Source: an uncultured Bdellovibrionales bacterium
Lineage (GTDB): Bacteria > Bdellovibrionota_C > UBA2361 > SZUA-149 > DAOLCO01
NCBI GenBank assembly: GCA_964353175.1
Contig: CAYGUX010000005.1
Location: 84,373 to 148,372, forward strand
Length of the DNA stretch: 64,000 nucleotides
Direction: 5' to 3'
Of the stretch, positions 31,298 to 40,035 are shown in pieces (within the stretch, counting starts at the first letter, position 1; each line of letters opens with the position of its first letter). A program made the position numbers and the translations under genes. The notes under the pieces are model-generated. The model saw only the letters and a program-made list of their open reading frames with translations. It was not told the DNA's origin and did not search any database.

Positions 31298-31729
31298 ATG
31301 GAAAACGCGATTAAAAAAACATCTTTTGAAGAGTTAACAACTAGCACTATTAATTTATCGGAGATACCTGTTACTATTTCAGTGTCGCCGATAGAAAGAG
31401 ACTCGGATCCCAATAGTGCTATTTTTGTTTTTTCATACACAGTCCGAATTGTTAATAATTCGCTTAAGGATATTCAGTTAATAAATAGACATTGGAAAGT
31501 TTTCTCTAACAATAGGCAAATAGCAGATGTAAAGGGCGATGGAGTTGTTGGTCATCAACCCCAATTTAAGCCTACTGATTCATTTGAATATACCAGTTAC
31601 ACTGTAATTAAAGACCCAGTAGGAGAAATGTCTGGATCTTTCACCTTTGTTACGGATGATGGAATGTTTTTTGATCTTCCAATAGACCCATTTAAATTAT
31701 CTTACTTAGAACGCCTATCACTACATTAG
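31298..31729 (+). CDS. apaG: ApaG domain protein (DUF525)
   Basis: Conserved ApaG blocks: RHWKVFSNNRQIADVKGDGVVGHQPQFKPTDSFEYTSY...GEMSGSFTFVTDDGMFFDLPIDPFKL. Confidence 0.7.
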   Translation: MENAIKKTSFEELTTSTINLSEIPVTISVSPIERDSDPNSAIFVFSYTVRIVNNSLKDIQLINRHWKVFSNNRQIADVKGDGVVGHQPQFKPTDSFEYTSYTVIKDPVGEMSGSFTFVTDDGMFFDLPIDPFKLSYLERLSLH

Positions 31730-31755
31730 TAGCGCAATTCTATTTACTAGATTTT

Positions 31756-32265
31756 TCAAGGCAAAACCAAGTACCTCGATACAAACAACCTCTCCTCTTC
31801 CTCTTCAGTTAAGATATCCTCCCCCACCCATACATTAAACCCTGAGTGGCTCCAGGATCTCATTAGATTAACATCGTCCTCCGATAGAAGATCTCTCTCA
31901 AGAAACGCATTTAATACTTTCTCCTGAGAGAGTTCTGTCAGAAGCTCAGTATCTATCTCAGGTAGTTCTTGATACTCGCCACTAGGAGTTATCACCCCAG
32001 GAAGCACAAGACTAGGCACATGGGGATGAGGAACTAAAATAGTCTCATTCAGGGTCTCTGAAAAAATGTGACCTCGCTTCGCTGTACAGCTGGGGCATAA
32101 CACTCTCTCCTTACACGAGAACGCTATCAGCTCTGAGTGATTACACTCCTCACGATGCGCTCTAGCGCAGCCATGTCTCAAGATCCCGCAATTAAGGTAC
32201 GCATCAAAGGACTGGGGGGACATTCGCTCTAAGAAACCCATACCGCTCCTCGAACAGCTCGTCAT
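31756..32265 (-). pseudogene. IS91-family (Zn_Tnp_IS91 + partial Y2/HUH) transposase remnant, truncated, in a G+C-rich segment
   Basis: CNHSELIAFSCKERVLCPSC...ILVPHPHVPSLVLP aligns with the IS91 zinc-binding domain and the start of the HUH region (CGHERVSYNSCRNRHCPKC...LPVPYFHVVFTLP). MRSWSHSGFNVWVGEDI...RLFVSRYLV resembles the SWxHSGFSVH...RLARY block. The protein is only 169 aa (~400 expected) and the catalytic Tyr half is absent. The local G+C is visibly higher than the flanks. Confidence 0.5.
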
Positions 32266-32592
32266 AACTCCTCTCGGTAGTTAAACACAAGGCGATAAAG
32301 GGCGCTCTCCTCGGGTTTGCGACGAGAGTACTCATGCAGCCTAGAGGCGTGCTTTGACCAGATCGGATAAGGTAGTTCCACCTAGCGTTATCGCTAAAAG
32401 GGGGGTGAAAATCCCAGGGAAGGGTGAGAAATATTGAAAAGTTGGCGATATCAGCGGGCTATCTGTTTTTAGAAGCCCAGTCAATACACGCTGTTGATCC
32501 ATGCGTTTAATAATCTAAGTTGCCTTTCTATTTGCTTATCGATATATTTTGGTTGAGGCGTTGTACTTAAACTAACTTAAATTATTATACCT

Positions 32593-33612
32593 ATGCTTTC
32601 CCTAAATTCAAAATACGCAAACTTTTTTATCTTTTTGTTCCTTGCGTATGGATTGTCTTTTGTACCTTCTCAGTCGGTCAGTGCGGATGATAAAATCATA
32701 CCAAACTTTAAGATCGGTTACATTCCTATCGTTGATCATTTAATACTTGGAGTAGCTAAGAAAAGAGAAGGAGATGATTTAAAAAGCTTTAATCTTGATC
32801 CCATTCGTTTCCCGGATATGGGTACGGTAGCTGAAGGGATTAGATCAGGGGATTTAGATGGTGGGTTTTTGTTGGCGCCACTTGCTTTTCAGGCAAAACT
32901 AAAAGGAGCTAAGATAAAAATATTGGCTTTGGGGCATAGAAATGGGAGTGCGTTTGTGGTTAGGGTTAAGCCTGGTATTGATTCCGTAAAGGATTTACGC
33001 GACAAAACTATAGCTATCCCACACCGATTTTCAACCCATAATATGCTTTTGCATATGTTTACTTCTAAGGAAGGATTGATACCTAACAGAGATTTTAAGG
33101 TTATTGAGTTAGGGCCTACAGAGATGCCATCCGCATTAGCTGGAGGAGTAATAGATGGGTATATCGTTGCGGAGCCAATTGCGGCTAGGAGCGAAGTGCT
33201 TGGGGTCGGAAAAGTATTGGTACTTTCAAAGGATATCTGGAAGGATCACCCAGATTGTGTGTTAGTCATGGGTGAAGACGTCATATCTAAATTCCCTCAA
33301 GCAGTAGAGGAGTTTCTTGAAAGTCTAGTAAGGGCAGGAATTTATGCGGAAGTTAATAGAGAAGAAAGTTCAGAGATAGGGTCTAAATTTTTAGGACAGC
33401 CGATAGAAGCATTAAAAATTTCAATGATGAAACCGAAGGACAGAGTTACTTTTGTGAATTTAATCCCTGAAGTCAATGAGCTGTCTAGAATTCAAGACTA
33501 CATGGCGAATGAGATGAATCTCTTTCCTAAAAAAGTGGATTTAAATAGTTTTATAGATGCTAGTTTTATTAGAACAGCATATGATAATTTAGAAAGCGCC
33601 AATAAAAAGTAA
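32593..33612 (+). CDS. ABC transporter substrate-binding protein, NitT/TauT (SsuA/NMT1-like) family
   Basis: Signal peptide. NMT1/SsuA-like fold cues. The permease and ATPase genes follow. Confidence 0.65.
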   Translation: MLSLNSKYANFFIFLFLAYGLSFVPSQSVSADDKIIPNFKIGYIPIVDHLILGVAKKREGDDLKSFNLDPIRFPDMGTVAEGIRSGDLDGGFLLAPLAFQAKLKGAKIKILALGHRNGSAFVVRVKPGIDSVKDLRDKTIAIPHRFSTHNMLLHMFTSKEGLIPNRDFKVIELGPTEMPSALAGGVIDGYIVAEPIAARSEVLGVGKVLVLSKDIWKDHPDCVLVMGEDVISKFPQAVEEFLESLVRAGIYAEVNREESSEIGSKFLGQPIEALKISMMKPKDRVTFVNLIPEVNELSRIQDYMANEMNLFPKKVDLNSFIDASFIRTAYDNLESANKK

Positions 33613-33628
33613 GTACAAGGACTTAAAA

Positions 33629-34408
33629 TTGAAGATTGGTAAACGCATTAAAGAGCTATCTCTTCCTCTGTTTGCCATAATGTTATTTGTTCTTATATGG
33701 CATATAATAGCAGGCAGTGGTTTATTCTTAACTGAGTTATTCCCATACCCCCATGAAGTTTTTTATGCTTTTTTAGAGGTATTAAAAAGTGGAGATTTGG
33801 CAACGAATTTGGTTTCTAGTTTGTTGCGTGTGGCAATGGGATTTGCTATCGCTGTAATTCTTGCGGTTCCTTTAGGCCTTTTGATCGGATGGCATAGTAG
33901 TTTATGGAAGTCTCTTTATCCGCTAATACAGATTTTTAGAACGATTTCACCTGTGGCTTGGATCCCTTTGGCAATTCTCTGGTTTGGTATAGGTGATGCG
34001 CCAGCCATTTTTATTGTTGCGATCACTGCTTTTTTCCCTCTTTTGATTTCATGTGTTTTTGCCGTGAAAAGCATTGATCCCCTACTCATAAAAGTTGCAA
34101 GAAATTTTGGTGCCACTGATTCGCAAGTGCTTTGGAGGGTTATTTTGCCAGGTAGCATTTCCTCGATTATGATTGCTCTTAGAGTGTCTTTAGGTTTTTG
34201 TTGGATGATAATCGTTGCTGCGGAAATGGTGGGAATGCGGTCTGGCTTAGGTTATATGATATTGGATGCTAGAAACTTTCTTAGAACTGATTTAGTTATG
34301 GCTGGAATGATAGTAATAGGGCTTGTGGGTTTAGTTATAGATAGAATAATGACAGCCTTGGAAATTAAGTTTAGAAAACATTTAATTCCCTTGGAGAGTA
34401 GAAAATGA
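33629..34408 (+). CDS. ABC transporter permease (SsuC/TauC-like)
   Basis: Six TM helices and an EAA-like loop (AAEMVGMRSGLGYMIL). Confidence 0.8.
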   Translation: MKIGKRIKELSLPLFAIMLFVLIWHIIAGSGLFLTELFPYPHEVFYAFLEVLKSGDLATNLVSSLLRVAMGFAIAVILAVPLGLLIGWHSSLWKSLYPLIQIFRTISPVAWIPLAILWFGIGDAPAIFIVAITAFFPLLISCVFAVKSIDPLLIKVARNFGATDSQVLWRVILPGSISSIMIALRVSLGFCWMIIVAAEMVGMRSGLGYMILDARNFLRTDLVMAGMIVIGLVGLVIDRIMTALEIKFRKHLIPLESRK

Positions 34409-35160
34409 AAGAACATTTTCTTTCTATCGTTGATTTAAAGAAATCCTTCGAAGGCACCCAGCTCGTTTCTCCCGTATTGGACATAGCATCTTTAAATTTG
34501 GCACAAGGAGAGTTTGTTTGTATACTTGGTGCTTCTGGTTGTGGAAAGTCTACTCTTCTAAATATAATAGCTGGGTTCGATAAACCTACCGGTGGAAAAG
34601 TTTTGTTAGAAGGGGCTTTAATCCACGCAAGTAACCCAAATTGTATATTAGTATTTCAAGATTTTGGTTTATTTCCATGGAGAGATGTTTTGGGGAATGT
34701 CTCTTTTGGCTTAGAATTTGGGAATAAGCCCAAAGAAGAGATAGAAGCTATCGCGAGAGAATATATTGACCTTGTAGGGTTATCAGATTTTGTGAATAGT
34801 TATCCTCATCAACTGTCTGGTGGAATGAAACAGAGAGTTGCTATCGCTCGGGCATTGTCCGTGGAGCCAAAGGTTCTTTTAATGGATGAACCTTTTGGGT
34901 CTTTGGATGCATTGACTAGATTAAATATGCAGGATGAGCTCACTCGTATCTGGATGAAGACAAATAAAACTGTTCTATTTGTAACGCACTCTGTTGATGA
35001 GGCTGTTTACCTGGGAGATAGGGTTATTGTCATGGGTAGTAGACCAAGTGGAATAAGGAAGATTTGGGATATTGATATAGATCGGCCCCGTCGAAAAGAC
35101 GACATGAGAATGTTGGACTTCAAGATTGAAATTCTTAAAGAATTGGGCGTTGCTAACTAA
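34405..35160 (+). CDS. ABC transporter ATP-binding protein (SsuB/TauB-like)
   Basis: Walker A GASGCGKST, the LSGGMKQR signature, and Walker B LLMDEPFGSLD. Confidence 0.88.
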   Translation: MKEHFLSIVDLKKSFEGTQLVSPVLDIASLNLAQGEFVCILGASGCGKSTLLNIIAGFDKPTGGKVLLEGALIHASNPNCILVFQDFGLFPWRDVLGNVSFGLEFGNKPKEEIEAIAREYIDLVGLSDFVNSYPHQLSGGMKQRVAIARALSVEPKVLLMDEPFGSLDALTRLNMQDELTRIWMKTNKTVLFVTHSVDEAVYLGDRVIVMGSRPSGIRKIWDIDIDRPRRKDDMRMLDFKIEILKELGVAN

Positions 35161-35240
35161 AGCAAAAATCTACTCCCCGAGACTGTAAAATAAAGTGTGT
35201 AAGGGAGAGTTTTTTCACTTCATTTCAATACAATAGAATA

Positions 35241-35339
35241 GGTACTACCCTCTTTTCTCCTATTATTATTCACCGTGATTAAAGGCACTTACACATTCAA
35301 CTACCCTAACATGCTAAGTATAAGAAAGAGGGTAGTACC
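35241..35339. repeat. 15-bp perfect inverted repeat (GGTACTACCCTCTTT ... AAAGAGGGTAGTACC) with a ~69-nt spacer, between convergent genes
   Basis: Read directly: the left arm is at 35241-35255 and the right arm at 35325-35339. The right arm ends at the stop codon of the minus-strand receiver gene. Confidence 0.6.
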
Positions 35340-35761
35340 TATGAAGGGCCCTCCCCTTCAGCCATTTCCCTTAAGTTATCTGCTGAATATGGTTCAAAAA
35401 GAAAACCGTCTACTCCATTAAGCATATTGTCGGCGATGATTTCATTCTGTTTGCTACTTGGTTTAAGTACGGTAATAAAAGCCCATTGTTTGCCTTTAGG
35501 AGTCTTCTTAGCTTCCTTTATGAAATCAGACACACTTTCTATGGTAAAACGATGTGAAATTGTGACAACATCAATTGATTCAAAACCATTTCCAAAGTTA
35601 AGGCCCTCTTGCAGAGAAGAGCAAAATAAAACTTTCTTGAAACACGGCAAGCAGAGTGCAACATCTTTAAGCATAGACCTACTCTTGCCATCAGAATCAA
35701 TAATTAGGATGCTGTATATATCAGACGTTGCCATTTCTCGATTGGACCTCAGGATCCCCAA
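35339..35761 (-). CDS. Stand-alone receiver (REC)-like domain protein
   Basis: ILIIDSDG acidic pocket, a candidate phospho-Asp in IDVVTISH, and a conserved Lys in VLKPS. 140 aa. Confidence 0.45.
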   Translation of the reverse strand: MGILRSNREMATSDIYSILIIDSDGKSRSMLKDVALCLPCFKKVLFCSSLQEGLNFGNGFESIDVVTISHRFTIESVSDFIKEAKKTPKGKQWAFITVLKPSSKQNEIIADNMLNGVDGFLFEPYSADNLREMAEGEGPS

Positions 35762-35920
35762 TTGGGAATTTTCTTATGCCACTAAACAAGTCGGCCAACT
35801 AGGCTAATTTACTTAATCAAAACAGTAAGATTTTATCTAATCCACTGCTTTTATTGAAGTTCGCAGTCAGCCAATTCTTGCGAATGCTCACCAAAAATGC
35901 TGCTTGGGGAGGGTTAAGAA

Positions 35921-37045
35921 CTACTCTACGACTCTTCCAATACCGTTTCGGATCTGCTTAACCACAAATGTGTGACTAAAATACTTACCGCCTTCTTCAT
36001 CTTCAACATAAGAAAACTTCCCCTGGTTACCATCAAAATTAGAAACTACTTTAAAAATATCCATTAAAGAAGTAAAATTATTAGTAGGTTTTGCCCCAAA
36101 GCCACTTGCAACCACATCTGCCATGTCATACGCATTTCCTGCCATGGGCATTTGAGCATCTAGCTTATATTTGGCTTCATACTTTTTCACAAAATCATCT
36201 TTCACTTTATAATAACTATATATAGCTCCCTCTACATACTGACTATTAGGTAACAATAATGAAGATTCTATTAAGTTTGTGCTATAAATATTAAAGTCAT
36301 ATCCCACATCTTTAGCTTGTCTAATAAAAGTCAGAATTTGGGCTGGCAACAAAAAAAGTCCTAAATTTTTTACTTTCCGAGCCTTGAGTTGCAACACAAT
36401 CGATCTAAAATCCAATTCCGATGGGTTCACCGTAGCAATGACATCTAAGTTCTCGCCCTTAGAAAGATTTGCCTCAAAAGCAATGAGCATAGAATTTATG
36501 TAACCCATCTCCGTTTTAACTATAAAAAATTCTTTTTCTCCGTTTTTTCTCAACTGACTCAGTAAAGGCCTTATGTATCTAGCTGAGTTATCATGAGCTC
36601 TGATAACATTTTTACTATGCAAGGAAGACGCTTCATCAGAAGTGAAACAAAGAAGGAGCTTATGCTCTCTATCAACAATTGGAGCCAACGCACTGCAAGC
36701 AGGAGAACCAAAAGAAAAAAATAGATCAACTTTATCTATTGTATCAAGCTTCCTGAAGGCGCTGATTGAAGACTTAGCATCATATTGATCATCTTCGTAG
36801 ATATAATTAACGAAATCCACTTTATCTGGATTTTCGCTTCTATAAAGCTCTATGCCATTTTTGATTGCGATTCCAAAATCAGCGAGTGGACCAGAGAGAG
36901 GAAGAATTACTCCGACCTTAAGAGGATTAGCTTCAGCTTTGCTTTGCAAACCCAGCAAAAAAACAACACTTAGCAACAATAAGAACTTAGAAATGGTTTT
37001 AGAAAATAAGTACATTACAAAAGGAAACCTATAAACTAATAGCAT
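35921..37045 (-). CDS. Periplasmic solute-binding protein, LivK/Peripla_BP_6 family (paralogue B)
   Basis: KVGVILPLSGPLADFGIAIKNGIELYR. The TAATG stop/start overlap with paralogue A indicates coupling. No permease is nearby. Confidence 0.65.
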   Translation of the reverse strand: MLLVYRFPFVMYLFSKTISKFLLLLSVVFLLGLQSKAEANPLKVGVILPLSGPLADFGIAIKNGIELYRSENPDKVDFVNYIYEDDQYDAKSSISAFRKLDTIDKVDLFFSFGSPACSALAPIVDREHKLLLCFTSDEASSLHSKNVIRAHDNSARYIRPLLSQLRKNGEKEFFIVKTEMGYINSMLIAFEANLSKGENLDVIATVNPSELDFRSIVLQLKARKVKNLGLFLLPAQILTFIRQAKDVGYDFNIYSTNLIESSLLLPNSQYVEGAIYSYYKVKDDFVKKYEAKYKLDAQMPMAGNAYDMADVVASGFGAKPTNNFTSLMDIFKVVSNFDGNQGKFSYVEDEEGGKYFSHTFVVKQIRNGIGRVVE

Positions 37046-38151
37046 TACTCTATTACTACCGCTATTCCATTTATAACTTGCTTAACTACTATAGGATATT
37101 TAAAATATTTACCCCCCTCCTGATCTTGAACGTAAGAGAAATTACCAAGTACCCCTTCTTGTTCTTTTACATTTTGAAATATACTCATTAGGGTTTCATT
37201 ATCTCTTTTCATCTCAGATTTAATTCCGTTGGCTAAAATACTCACCATATCATATGCACTTCCCCCAAAAGGCAATTGAGAATCCTGCATATACCTTTCC
37301 TTATAAATCAATACAAAGCTTTCTTTCAAACTGTGATATGGATAAATGGAGCCCTCCAATCCCTCTGAATTAGGCAACAAAATAGCAGACTCCGTCATAT
37401 TAGTACTGAAAATATTAGGGGAAAATCTATTTTCCTTAGCCTGCTTCATAAAAATCACCATTTGCTCAGGCATTAGAAATAATCCAAGAGCTTTGATGTT
37501 CTTTAGTTTGGATTTTAAAATTAAATTTCTAAAATCCAAATCACTGGGGTTCACGCTCCCTACTTCCACTAAACTCTCCCCCTCAATTAGATTCCTCTCT
37601 AATCCCTTTTTCATTGATCTAAGATAACTATTTTCAACATCAACTACGCTAAATTCTTTTACATCTCGTTTTCGCAAATACTCCAATAATCCCCGCATAT
37701 ATTGTGCGCTATAGTTCATCGTTCTAATCACTAATTTTCTATCCACGGTGGGGGCTTCATCGGCACTGATATTAATTAAAATCTTACCATCTCGCTCTAA
37801 AATTGGAGCCAACGCACTAGCGGCAGGAGCACCAAATGCAAAAAATATATCGACTTTGTCAATGGTAGAGAGTTTATGGTAAGCACTAATAGAAGTCTTA
37901 GAATCATAATGATCATCTTCATAAACAAAATTGAGGTGTTTCACTTTAGTAGGATATTGAGAACGATATAACTCAATTCCATTCTTAATAGCATTCCCAT
38001 AATCAGCTAAAGGCCCAGAGAGAGGGAGAATAACACCGACTTTTAGCTTTGTAGACTCTCCCGAAACTCCAGTACAACAAAAAGCAAGAACCAAGAATAA
38101 TAAACTAAATAATCGTCCCATTCTCTCTCCTTTTCCTAAACTGTTTAACAA
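37045..38151 (-). CDS. Periplasmic solute-binding protein, LivK/Peripla_BP_6 family (paralogue A)
   Basis: KVGVILPLSGPLADYGNAIKNGIELYR and a signal peptide. Close paralogue of the downstream gene. Confidence 0.65.
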   Translation of the reverse strand: MLNSLGKGERMGRLFSLLFLVLAFCCTGVSGESTKLKVGVILPLSGPLADYGNAIKNGIELYRSQYPTKVKHLNFVYEDDHYDSKTSISAYHKLSTIDKVDIFFAFGAPAASALAPILERDGKILINISADEAPTVDRKLVIRTMNYSAQYMRGLLEYLRKRDVKEFSVVDVENSYLRSMKKGLERNLIEGESLVEVGSVNPSDLDFRNLILKSKLKNIKALGLFLMPEQMVIFMKQAKENRFSPNIFSTNMTESAILLPNSEGLEGSIYPYHSLKESFVLIYKERYMQDSQLPFGGSAYDMVSILANGIKSEMKRDNETLMSIFQNVKEQEGVLGNFSYVQDQEGGKYFKYPIVVKQVINGIAVVIE

Positions 38152-38714
38152 CCTCTTCTGCTATCCCGTTAGGTTCTATGTGAGGTACGAACTCTTTTTC
38201 TATCCCCTCAAGCTCAGACAAGTTCAACCCCTCCCTCAACCTCAACACCCCACCACCTGTCATCAGACACTTCCTAAACTTCTTTTTAATCTCTAAAAAA
38301 GTATCGCCGGGCTCAATGAATAGAGTGTGTATCATCTAGGCCTCTAAGCTCTTTTGCTAATTCATCTAAGTGCAAACTTGCCAAGAACAAACTATCCGAA
38401 GAACCTGAAGTTTGTAGGATCCCTTCAAAAGAACACTGCGCTAAACTTTTCCCTTCTACGAAGTCTGTAAAACCAATGTCGGTAAAAGAGAATACCGATC
38501 CATATCCACCTTCTCTAAGTCTACCTTCGAAAGAGATAGTTGATTTTAGCAGATCAAGACTGATCCGCTCTTTTTCCTCATCTACTGAAATAAAAATCTT
38601 TGGGGAGCCATTCAGATTGCTGGCAACATGCGCCTGCACCGGCAAGGAAGATGCATCTAGAATACTTTTAGCTTTTTGGAAGAAGTTAGTTAGGACTTGT
38701 AACATTCCATTCAT
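38105..38714 (-). pseudogene. Two hypothetical ORFs (133 aa and 76 aa) that overlap by ~23 nt in different frames. This is either a frameshifted single gene or a tightly overlapped pair.
   Basis: The ORFs 38313..38714 and 38105..38335 share the overlap sequence ATGATACACACTCTATTCATTGA. I recognised no family. Confidence 0.25.
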
Positions 38715-38766
38715 TATAGAGTGAAATTCCCTCAGGTCAAGCCTTTGCTCTCATACTTTCAGGCTC

Positions 38767-39380
38767 TTATACTCGCTCGTCAAAGAAGTCCTGCAATAGA
38801 TTGGCTCTTTCAAACTGCCCATTGGCTCTAAAAGCCTCGACCAGTGAACCTACGGCATCTAGATTTCTCCATTGGGTCATTTTGCAAGCAGATTCAGCAC
38901 ACTGAACAGACCATTCTAGGTCTTGAACCTCATTTGAATTAGAATAGATCCTAGACATTTCTATATAAGGAACAGGATCTCTAGGATCAACATCCAAAGC
39001 TCTTCTAAACATCTCCTTAGCTTGAATAATCCTATCGCCCCCTAAAAATAACTCGGCTCTTAACATATAGGCCTCTTTAGGTGCTTCCCCAGTCGCAAGG
39101 CAACGCACCAACAAATTCTCTCCCACCACAAAGTCACACCCTCTTTAAGTTCGTAATGACTTAGTGCACAATCTATTACATGCCTTAAAGGAGCATCTAG
39201 ATTTAAGGATCTCAATGCATCTCTTAACTTCAAAACGGATTCCTCTAAAGCAGATCCTCCGATATTACTTAAAAGAAGAAGATGAACATACTTTGCTGTA
39301 ATTTCAACATTATTAGGAAGCACTTCTTTCCCAATCTCTAAAGTCTGAAGAGCAAATCTACTTTTACCCAGATATGACAT
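38767..39380 (-). pseudogene. TPR-repeat protein split into two overlapping ORFs by an apparent frameshift near 39125-39135
   Basis: The ORFs 39060..39380 and 38767..39129 are both TPR-like and overlap by 70 nt in different frames. Shifting one nucleotide into the other frame gives a continuous protein (...HYELKEGVTL / VVGENLLVRCLATGE...). Confidence 0.45.
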
Positions 39381-39391
39381 TTCAGTAGTTG

Positions 39392-39670
39392 CTATGCTGA
39401 ATAAGAGTTAATCGTCTGATAAAATCCTGTTTGACCCGAGGTTAGAGGCCTCGGGACTGAAAAAAGCCCAGTTAAATCAAACAGGAGACCTATGAAGAGG
39501 ATATCATATAAAACCGCTGGCTTAACAGTTCCTCGCTTTTTTAGAGCGCACGTTCGTGTGCGCTCTAAAGGCGGTCCTGCCTGCGGTACCATCCTGATAC
39601 CGCTTACGACAGCACAAGCCCGCTCAGAACTGTTAAGCCCGCCGTTTATTTTTCCCCCACCTCCTCCATT
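39392..39670 (-). ncRNA. Candidate structured RNA or leader element: a G+C-rich block of nested perfect hairpins, family unassigned
   Basis: Hairpins read directly (plus strand): CCTGTTTGA...TCAAACAGG enclosing CCCGAGG-ttagagg-CCTCGGG; TTTAGAGCGCAC-gttc-GTGCGCTCTAAA; GCGGTA-ccatcctga-TACCGC; and the long-range pair GGCTTAACAGTTC / GAACTGTTAAGCC. The block is followed by a T-rich and CCTCCTCC tract, and is much G+C-richer than the flanks. Strand is assigned only from its proximity to the TPR gene start at 39380. Confidence 0.3.
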
Positions 39671-39777
39671 TTAAGAGGTTCGACTTAATTCGCCATTTTG
39701 AGTTGTGCTATAAATCGGCTAATAAAAATTCTTGACCATATCTGATTGTATGCGTATAATAAAGAAAATATGCGCAT

Positions 39778-40035
39778 ATGAAAAATCGGCTTAATTTAAC
39801 TATAGATGAAGATTTACTTGTAAAGGTAAAGAAATTTGCCTCTGATTCGGGGGTTTCCTTGTCTAGTATTGTGGAAAAGGGGCTGGCTAGAGTAATTAGT
39901 CAAGAAGAGAATATTAATATTGATAAGCTGCTAAATGATTTTCATAAAAAGGCACTTGGCAAGAACTTTAAAGAACCTTCTGACATATTAATAAAAGATC
40001 TTTTACAAGATAGAAGGCAGAAAAAGTATTCGTGA
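39778..40035 (+). CDS. Type II antitoxin, ribbon-helix-helix (CopG-like)
   Basis: N-terminal LNLTIDEDLLVKVKKFASDSGVSLSSIVEKGL is an RHH pattern. 85 aa. Its stop overlaps the GTG start of the downstream PIN gene (GTGA). Confidence 0.55.
   Translation: MKNRLNLTIDEDLLVKVKKFASDSGVSLSSIVEKGLARVISQEENINIDKLLNDFHKKALGKNFKEPSDILIKDLLQDRRQKKYS

Noticed and set aside
39392-39670. Tried to assign the structured block to RNase P RNA, tmRNA, SRP RNA, 6S RNA, or a cobalamin, TPP or lysine riboswitch
   Set aside because: Partial look-alikes exist (GAGCGCAC, GGCUUAACAG, GUAAGCGG). The region is too short for RNase P or tmRNA and lacks their universally conserved cores (GGAAAGUCCGG, the tRNA-like ends, the SRP GGAA/AGCAG domain IV, the B12 box). 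It is left unassigned pending a covariance-model search.
39392-39674. Two small six-frame ORFs (66 aa minus strand, 60 aa plus strand) inside the G+C-rich hairpin block
   Set aside because: Both lie antisense to each other over palindromic sequence. Their translations are Pro/Gly/Arg-rich with no protein-like pattern. The sequence reads as RNA secondary structure, not as coding.
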